This document shows positions 1 to 5,196 of a stretch of DNA of 11,764 nt, one piece after another; the stretch's first letter is position 1; every line of letters starts with the position of its first letter. The notes beneath the pieces were generated by a model that saw only the letters and a list, made by a program, of their open reading frames with translations, searched no databases and had not been told where the DNA came from. A program made the translations under genes and the position numbers. This DNA is from Chthoniobacteraceae bacterium (GTDB taxonomy: Bacteria > Verrucomicrobiota > Verrucomicrobiia > Chthoniobacterales > Chthoniobacteraceae), in the NCBI GenBank assembly GCA_031409335.1, contig JANNWY010000084.1:1-11764 (forward strand), in the 5' to 3' direction.

Positions 1-1
1 C

Positions 2-1066
2 GCGGCACCAGGCTGGGCACCGCAACACGCCTACAACCTCACTTCCGACCGGAGCATTCCGGCCAGCACCTACGCGAAGTTCGTCGTCGATACGGCGTCG
101 AGTCTCGGGCAGCAGGGCGACAAGGGATTCTTCAAGAATCAGGCGCAGACGCACATCGCGAAGGCGCTCGAAACGCTCTACGAGATTCGCGCCGACGTGA
201 CGCTGGAGAATGCCTACAGCCTCTTGCTCGACGAGAAGGACATGAACGAGGCGCTGAACGACTTGCTCGATGGCTACGCGACCGAGCGACGCAATACGCT
301 CTACGACCATTTCAAGAATCGTTTTCTTAACCAGCCAGCGGAGCAGATCGGCGGCGTGAAGGAGACCATCGCGAACTACCTCCAGCATTTCCTCTCGCCG
401 GAAATCACCCAGGTCTTTTGTCCTTCGGCAAATACCTTCGATTTCGGCGAGATCGACCGGGGCAAAATCATTTGCGTGGCCATGCCGCAGAAGTTCCAGA
501 CCGAGCGGCGTTACGTGAACACGTTTTTGAAGATGCTTTTTTACACGCACGTCCTGCGCCGTTTCGACAAGCCGAAGGAGCAGCGGCGAGACGACAATCT
601 GCTCATTCTGTGGGCCGACGAAGCGCAGCGGTTTATGACCGCGAGCGAGGACGGGATGAGCGATTACAATTCCGTGGACGTGATCCGGGAGGCGCAAGGA
701 ACGGTCGTCGCCGCCGCGCAATCCTCTACGTCATTCGTTCCGCCGTTGGGAAGGGAGAAGGCGAAGGTGCTGACACTCAATCTTCGCAACCGCATGATCT
801 TCAAAGCCGCCGACGAGGAAGGCGCGGTCGAGAGCGCCGACTTCTTGGGTAAGAAGAAGTTCATCAAACGGACGTGGGGCTTTTCCTACGGCAGGACGAC
901 TAGCAATTACAGCGAGCAGGAGGAGCACAAGATCAAACCCTACGTCCTTCGCAGCCTGCCAAAACACACATGCGTCTTAGTCCACGCGGAGCGCGGTTTC
1001 AAACGCGCGATGCTCCCGCCCATCGAGCCAGACGGGAAAATCTGTTCGTGGTTCGGAAAAGGATAA
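2..1066 (+). CDS. virD4: Type IV coupling protein (VirD4/TraG/TraD family), 5'-truncated by window edge
   Basis: The frame of ORF 197..1066 is open back to base 2 (AAPGWAPQHAYNLTSDRSIP...GDKGFFKNQAQ). It has a Walker B-like LILWADEAQRF, then IREAQGTVVAAAQS, NLRNRMIFKAADEEGAVESADFLGK and a T/S-rich 'TTSNYSEQEEHKIKP' segment, the pattern of the TraG/TraD C-terminal domain. Walker A would lie upstream of the window. Confidence 0.85.
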   Translation, partial: AAPGWAPQHAYNLTSDRSIPASTYAKFVVDTASSLGQQGDKGFFKNQAQTHIAKALETLYEIRADVTLENAYSLLLDEKDMNEALNDLLDGYATERRNTLYDHFKNRFLNQPAEQIGGVKETIANYLQHFLSPEITQVFCPSANTFDFGEIDRGKIICVAMPQKFQTERRYVNTFLKMLFYTHVLRRFDKPKEQRRDDNLLILWADEAQRFMTASEDGMSDYNSVDVIREAQGTVVAAAQSSTSFVPPLGREKAKVLTLNLRNRMIFKAADEEGAVESADFLGKKKFIKRTWGFSYGRTTSNYSEQEEHKIKPYVLRSLPKHTCVLVHAERGFKRAMLPPIEPDGKICSWFGKG

Positions 1067-1071
1067 TCGCG

Positions 1072-1608
1072 ATGCCCGGCCCGATCATTCACTTCCCAAC
1101 TGAAGAGGAGCACCAAGCAACGCTCAATGAGTTCGCACGCGAAATGCAGCGGGTGAAAGAGCGAAAGGAATCAGTTCCACCGGACAAGCTCAACGAGGCG
1201 CTGGAGACGATCACCGACTATCTCAAAACCGGCTGGAGCACCGGGGGCGGGCGGCGTCTTCGACAATTCGTTTGGTCCCTTTGGAACGGCTTCCATCTAA
1301 TCAATCTCTACGATCTTAGCTCGGGCCTCGACGGCAGGCTCACCGACGCGGTGATTGTCGTTTTCAACGCAGCGATGGTGGACGCATTGAGCGAAGACCA
1401 GAAGCGACGCGTGTTGAATGACTCGGGAGAGTTTGCCCGCTGGGAGCAGGCGAGCGCGGAGACTCCCGAAGACGAGGAAGTGCTGTATCCGCCATTTCCG
1501 ATGAGCACTGATACGCTTCGCCGAGTGGCGCAGTCCGCCGAGCACGGCGACAGGCGCATCGAACAGCAGCGCCGCGCCGAGCAGGCCCGGGAAGCGAACG
1601 ATGAGTGA
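1072..1608 (+). CDS. Hypothetical protein, 178 aa, mobile-element associated (DUF7673-like motif from memory)
   Basis: ATG at 1072 is 5 nt after the virD4 stop and follows AAAAGGA (1057-1063); the track's 970 start lies inside virD4. Core TGGGRRLRQFVWSLWNG...LYDLSSGLD resembles the TGQS-RR-(F)L--L(W/Y)N--F-L-DL--LD pattern of small ICE/plasmid proteins. Confidence 0.75.
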   Translation: MPGPIIHFPTEEEHQATLNEFAREMQRVKERKESVPPDKLNEALETITDYLKTGWSTGGGRRLRQFVWSLWNGFHLINLYDLSSGLDGRLTDAVIVVFNAAMVDALSEDQKRRVLNDSGEFARWEQASAETPEDEEVLYPPFPMSTDTLRRVAQSAEHGDRRIEQQRRAEQAREANDE

Positions 1609-1619
1609 AAAGCCACCAC

Positions 1620-1679
1620 CGGACGGGATCAACTGCCGCTCCCTTCGCAGACTCCGGGATCGGCAGATCATCCCGTCCG
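1620..1679. repeat. 60-nt interrupted GC-rich inverted repeat (long hairpin)
   Basis: CGGACGGGAT (1620-1629) pairs with ATCCCGTCCG (1670-1679); CTGCCG (1633-1638) with CGGCAG (1661-1666); TCCC (1640-1643) with GGGA (1656-1659); 12-nt loop. Starts 12 nt after the stop at 1608 and has no U-tract. Confidence 0.85.
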
Positions 1680-1853
1680 CCACGGACGATGCGAGACCAA
1701 GCGCCCAGGCTTCGCTACGCCATCGCTCCCGGCTTGCCGCCCGCAGGCCCACCGGCAGCCTGACGCTCCGGCCTCCGCTTCGCCTGAACGCCCGGACTCG
1801 CGATTGCCGTAGCCAGTGCATGATTTCGGGCCATGCGGAAAGCGGGGCTTTCT

Positions 1854-1880
1854 CAAATAGCGTAATTATTACGCTATTTG
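1854..1880. promoter_or_regulatory. Perfect inverted repeat, probable AbiEi autoregulatory operator
   Basis: CAAATAGCGTAAT-T-ATTACGCTATTTG: 13-bp arms, 1-nt spacer, AT-rich, about 40 nt upstream of the abiEi ATG. AbiEi antitoxins are known to repress their own promoter through inverted repeats. Confidence 0.75.
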
Positions 1881-1901
1881 TGTTGCGGTAGGAGTTGCCT
1901 G

Positions 1902-1925
1902 ATGCAAGCTGTCCTTGCGATATGA
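1902..1925 (+). CDS. Putative 7-aa leader ORF (MQAVLAI) translationally coupled to abiEi
   Basis: AGGAG at 1890-1894 lies 7 nt before ATG 1902; the TGA stop (1923-1925) overlaps the abiEi ATG (1922-1924) as ATGA. Confidence 0.3.
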   Translation: MQAVLAI

Positions 1926-2536
1926 AACGCTCTTCCCAAGAATCCGAAGCTGGGCTTTTCGCGGTGGCGGAAAGTCAGGGAGGCTATTTTACTGCAAAAC
2001 AGGCGGAGGAAGCGGGGTTTGACCGGACGAATCATGCCTACCATGTGCGGGCGGGAAATTGGGAGCGAGAACACCGGGGTATTTTCCGCCTTGCGCATTT
2101 TCCGGCCAACGAGCGCCCTGATCTGGTTCGCTGGTCTCTCTGGTCACGAAATCGACAGGATCATCCGCAGGGGGTCTATTCGCATCAAACGGCTCTTAGT
2201 ATCCATGACCTTTCGGATGTCATGCCGTCCAAGCTGCACATGACGGTCCCGCTGAAATTTCGCAAGAATTCCAAAATACCGTCTGTAATTGTCCTGCACT
2301 ATGCCGACCTTCCCGCCGGGGCAATGGAAGAGCGCACGGGGTTTCACGTCACGCGCCCGATGAAAACCATTCTTGATCTCAGCGAATCACAGGAACTTTC
2401 ACCTGATCTGCTGGCTCAGGCGTTTACCGAGGCTCGCAAACGTGGACTGATTACTGAAAACGAAGTTAAGAAATACCGCCACAAGCTCCCCTCTATTCTA
2501 TTTCAACGCCCAAGGTCGAAAGCGAGGTCCGCATGA
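1922..2536 (+). CDS. abiEi: Type IV toxin-antitoxin system AbiEi-family antitoxin / transcriptional regulator
   Basis: N-terminal wHTH pattern AESQGGYFTAKQAEEAGF...GNWEREHRGIFRL, then YSHQTALSIHDLSDVMPSKLHMTVP and VTRPMKTILDL, typical of AbiEi. ATGA overlap with the toxin gene. ATG 1922 preferred over TTG 1895. Confidence 0.9.
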   Translation: MKRSSQESEAGLFAVAESQGGYFTAKQAEEAGFDRTNHAYHVRAGNWEREHRGIFRLAHFPANERPDLVRWSLWSRNRQDHPQGVYSHQTALSIHDLSDVMPSKLHMTVPLKFRKNSKIPSVIVLHYADLPAGAMEERTGFHVTRPMKTILDLSESQELSPDLLAQAFTEARKRGLITENEVKKYRHKLPSILFQRPRSKARSA

Positions 2537-3396
2537 AAGATGAGCCGCGCCAGTATGCCACTGCTGCTGCATTTCGCGTTGCCCTTGAGGCGCGTCTGAA
2601 AGCGACGGAACAAGCTGAAGGCATTGATCTCCAGCGTTTACGTCGGCAGGTTTCTTTTGATCGGTTGCTTGCGCGTTTGTTTTCAGAGCAGGACACACCG
2701 TGGCTGCTGAAGGGCGGCTATGCTATGGAACTAAGACTGCGAACGGCGCGCACCACGAAAGATATTGATTTGTCCCTTCCGGTCGATGCCACATCCGGGA
2801 AAAAGGGGCGAGTTCTGGAGCATTTGCAGGCCAGCGCGGCCAGGGACTTGAAAGATTTTTTCGTCTTTGCCATAGGTCAGCCAATGATGGAGCTGAATGC
2901 CGCGCCAGAAGGCGGTGCCCGGTATCCAGTAACCGCTTCATTGGCTGGACGGGTTTTCACCAGATTTCATCTTGATCTCGGGATGGGTGATGCGGCCATT
3001 CAACCCACGGAACTATTGGAAGGAAGAAACTGGCTGGGTTTTGCGGGAATCTACCCGACAAAATTTGTGGCGATTTCCAAAGAACAGCAATTTGCGGAAA
3101 AACTGCACGCCTACACCCTCCCGCGTCTTGAGGGAACCAACAGTCGCGTCAAGGATGTCGTCGATATGACGCTTCTGCTTCGGCTCGGAACAATGGATCG
3201 AGAACGGCTCGGGGAAGCCATCCGCACAACCTTTGCTTTGCGGGATACGCATATGCTTCCAATCGTTTTGCCGAAGCCACCTCCATCATGGAGCACACCC
3301 TATCAGACATTGGCGGCAGAATGCAGCCTCGCTTGGACGCTACAAGAGGCCATTCAGAATCTCGGCATGTTACTCTCAGATGAAATATCGGGGTAG
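2533..3396 (+). CDS. abiEii: AbiEii/AbiGii-family nucleotidyltransferase toxin
   Basis: Motifs WLLKGGYAMELR, RTTKDIDL, AEKLHA and SRVKDVVD match the DUF1814/AbiEii polymerase-beta-type nucleotidyltransferase motifs; directly downstream of the antitoxin. Confidence 0.92.
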   Translation: MKDEPRQYATAAAFRVALEARLKATEQAEGIDLQRLRRQVSFDRLLARLFSEQDTPWLLKGGYAMELRLRTARTTKDIDLSLPVDATSGKKGRVLEHLQASAARDLKDFFVFAIGQPMMELNAAPEGGARYPVTASLAGRVFTRFHLDLGMGDAAIQPTELLEGRNWLGFAGIYPTKFVAISKEQQFAEKLHAYTLPRLEGTNSRVKDVVDMTLLLRLGTMDRERLGEAIRTTFALRDTHMLPIVLPKPPPSWSTPYQTLAAECSLAWTLQEAIQNLGMLLSDEISG

Positions 3397-3491
3397 GAGA
3401 GAGAGACAACTGAAAACGGGGCCGAGAGTCCGAGGCTCTGCACAATGTTACGAAACTATATCGGAAATTGCTGACGTGACACGGGCGTATA

Positions 3492-3510
3492 TTTCAGACG
3501 CTGTCTGAAA
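3492..3510. repeat. Inverted repeat TTTCAGAC-GCT-GTCTGAAA between convergent genes
   Basis: Perfect 8-bp arms (3492-3499, 3503-3510) with a 3-nt loop in the abiEii/ATPase convergent gap. Confidence 0.6.
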
Positions 3511-3525
3511 AATGCGGCGCAGATT

Positions 3526-3549
3526 CGCCCGACAGCATCGGGCGTTTCT
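3526..3549 (+). terminator. Possible intrinsic terminator hairpin
   Basis: CGCCCGA-CAGCA-TCGGGCG (3526-3544) followed by TTTCT; lies between convergent abiEii and the AAA gene; the U-tract is short. Confidence 0.45.
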
Positions 3550-4466
3550 CAGCGCGTAAGCCAGAGCCGTTCGCCGCCTTCATCCACAGTCAAGTTTCCG
3601 CAGCCGTCGTTGCCCCAAAGAACGTCTGCGGCGACGGCATCGCCGATGACTTTTTCCACCACATCGCGCAGCGGACGCGCGCCGAGGCGCGGATGAAAAC
3701 CCCGCCGCACGAGGAACGGCAGGACGTTTGCGGCGGGTTCGATGCAGTGGCCCTTCGCGCTCAGAAATGCCACTTCCTGCGCCAGTAGGAGACGTGCGAT
3801 TTCAAGCTGCACGTCGTAGGTGAGCTTTTTGAAAACGATCTTTTCGTTGATGCGTCCGTAGAGTTCGGGGCGCATCGCGCGCTGCGCGTGGGTGAGGACG
3901 TGGCGTTCCATTGTGGCGAAGCTGGAATACTGAAGTTCGAGCAATTCCGCCGCCGCGATGTTCGAGGTGAAGACGATATAAAATCCGCTCCAGTCGAGCG
4001 TCTCCCCATTCGCCATCGTGATCCGCGCTGCATCGAGGATTTGCAGGAACAGGTCGAGAACGCGCGGATGCGCTTTCTCGATTTCATCGCAGAGCAGCGT
4101 GCCGCGCCCGTGCTTATCGTGCGCCAGCGCGAGCGTACCGCGCTCACCCAGCTTTCCGCCGAGTAGCAGCCCGATGCTCTCTTGCGTCTGATACTCCGAC
4201 ATATCGAAGCGGAACAAGTGATCCAGCCCCATGACGATCTCGGTGAAGGCGATGGTCACTTCTGTTTTTCCGACGCCGGTAGGGCCGAGGAAAAGGAAGC
4301 TGCCGAGCGGACGGCCCGGTTTTCTCAGCCCGAGTTGCCCGCGCTGGAGGACGGACGCAATCCGCGGCAGCGCATGATCCTGTCCGCGAATCTTACTGCG
4401 CAAGTAAGTCTCCAACGCGCGGAGTTTCGCGCGCGTCGCATCATTATCATCGGTCGAATTGGTCAT
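3549..4466 (-). CDS. Stand-alone ClpA/ClpB-like AAA+ ATPase (second nucleotide-binding domain plus small C-terminal domain only), 305 aa
   Basis: IRGQDHA, RPLGSFLFLGPTGVGKTE (Walker A), RFDMSEYQ, LLCDEIEKAHP (Walker B), FTSN (sensor 1), RPELYGRI (Arg finger), GARPLR (sensor 2). No N-domain, D1 or middle domain. Confidence 0.9.
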   Translation of the reverse strand: MTNSTDDNDATRAKLRALETYLRSKIRGQDHALPRIASVLQRGQLGLRKPGRPLGSFLFLGPTGVGKTEVTIAFTEIVMGLDHLFRFDMSEYQTQESIGLLLGGKLGERGTLALAHDKHGRGTLLCDEIEKAHPRVLDLFLQILDAARITMANGETLDWSGFYIVFTSNIAAAELLELQYSSFATMERHVLTHAQRAMRPELYGRINEKIVFKKLTYDVQLEIARLLLAQEVAFLSAKGHCIEPAANVLPFLVRRGFHPRLGARPLRDVVEKVIGDAVAADVLWGNDGCGNLTVDEGGERLWLTR

Positions 4467-4549
4467 GCAGCGACTTCATCACTCTCCATCTGAAAAGTGG
4501 CTCCACCGGCGGAGCAGCTCTGTTCGTCGCTTCGGCTACAAAGAAGCGC

Positions 4550-4846
4550 ATGAACATTCCACCATTCCTCGTTTCCATGCGCTTCGCTCCAATACTCGCC
4601 CAGGCCGCAGGCGGTCTCGCCGAAGGCGCGAGTAAAGCGATGGGCATTGTCATGCTCATCGGATTTATCTTCGGCACAATCTGCGTTGTCGGCGGCGGCT
4701 TCGCGATTCGTCGCGGCGACACCGACGCCGGCAAACTTTCGATTATCGGTGGACTCATCATCGCCGGAGCGCCGGTGATCGTGAAGGCGCTCTTCACCGC
4801 CTTTGGCCTTGGCGGTTCGACCGTGGACGTAGGCTCTTTCCAATGA
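4550..4846 (+). CDS. virB2: VirB2/TrbC-like conjugative pilin
   Basis: 98 aa; leader ending ...ILAQA, then two hydrophobic helices separated by a short charged loop (RRGDTDAGK); first gene of the operon before VirB3/VirB4. Confidence 0.7.
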   Translation: MNIPPFLVSMRFAPILAQAAGGLAEGASKAMGIVMLIGFIFGTICVVGGGFAIRRGDTDAGKLSIIGGLIIAGAPVIVKALFTAFGLGGSTVDVGSFQ

Positions 4847-5196
4847 AAGACCACGAGCTGCGCTTTTCCGACACGAACAGTGCCAATGACTCCGAAGGCA
4901 AGACGTGGGGCCTCGATGGCAACCTGTTTTGGTTCGTGGTCGCTGGCGTCTTTCTTTTCGTCGTGACGCTGCTCCTCCTTTTCAGCGCGGCCCGGTGCAG
5001 TTTCGGCCAGTCATTCGCGATGGCGATCATCCCGCTGGCGCTGACGCTCATCTACGTCTTCGGCTTCCGGCAGGGGAAGCCACCCGCCTACGACCTAGAC
5101 CTCGTGGATTATTGGACGAACGGCGCGGGCTTCGCGCCAAATCCTCAGCTTCAACCTCAACATCCCTTCCGCGCGAAGAACGATGTGGCCGATTGA
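4843..5196 (+). CDS. virB3: VirB3-like inner membrane protein
   Basis: 117 aa with two transmembrane segments, followed by RQGKPPAY; ATGA overlap with pilin and 14-nt overlap with virB4. Confidence 0.65.
   Translation: MKDHELRFSDTNSANDSEGKTWGLDGNLFWFVVAGVFLFVVTLLLLFSAARCSFGQSFAMAIIPLALTLIYVFGFRQGKPPAYDLDLVDYWTNGAGFAPNPQLQPQHPFRAKNDVAD

Noticed and set aside
1601..1891. 96-aa ORF MSEKPPPDG... on + strand
   Set aside because: R/P/S-rich low-information translation running through the long hairpin and the operator palindrome; more likely non-coding, though its start overlaps the upstream stop so it is not fully excluded.
3397..3406. (GA)5 run after the abiEii stop
   Set aside because: Too short and non-coding; no evidence for phase variation.
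3233..3508. 91-aa ORF overlapping the abiEii 3' end
   Set aside because: Out-of-frame overlap with the toxin gene, no SD or motif.
4463..4843. 126-aa minus-strand ORF whose stop overlaps the AAA start (also an internal MESDEVAA mini-ORF at 4489-4463)
   Set aside because: Mostly antisense to the pilin gene and no SD for the mini-ORF; the overlap is probably chance.
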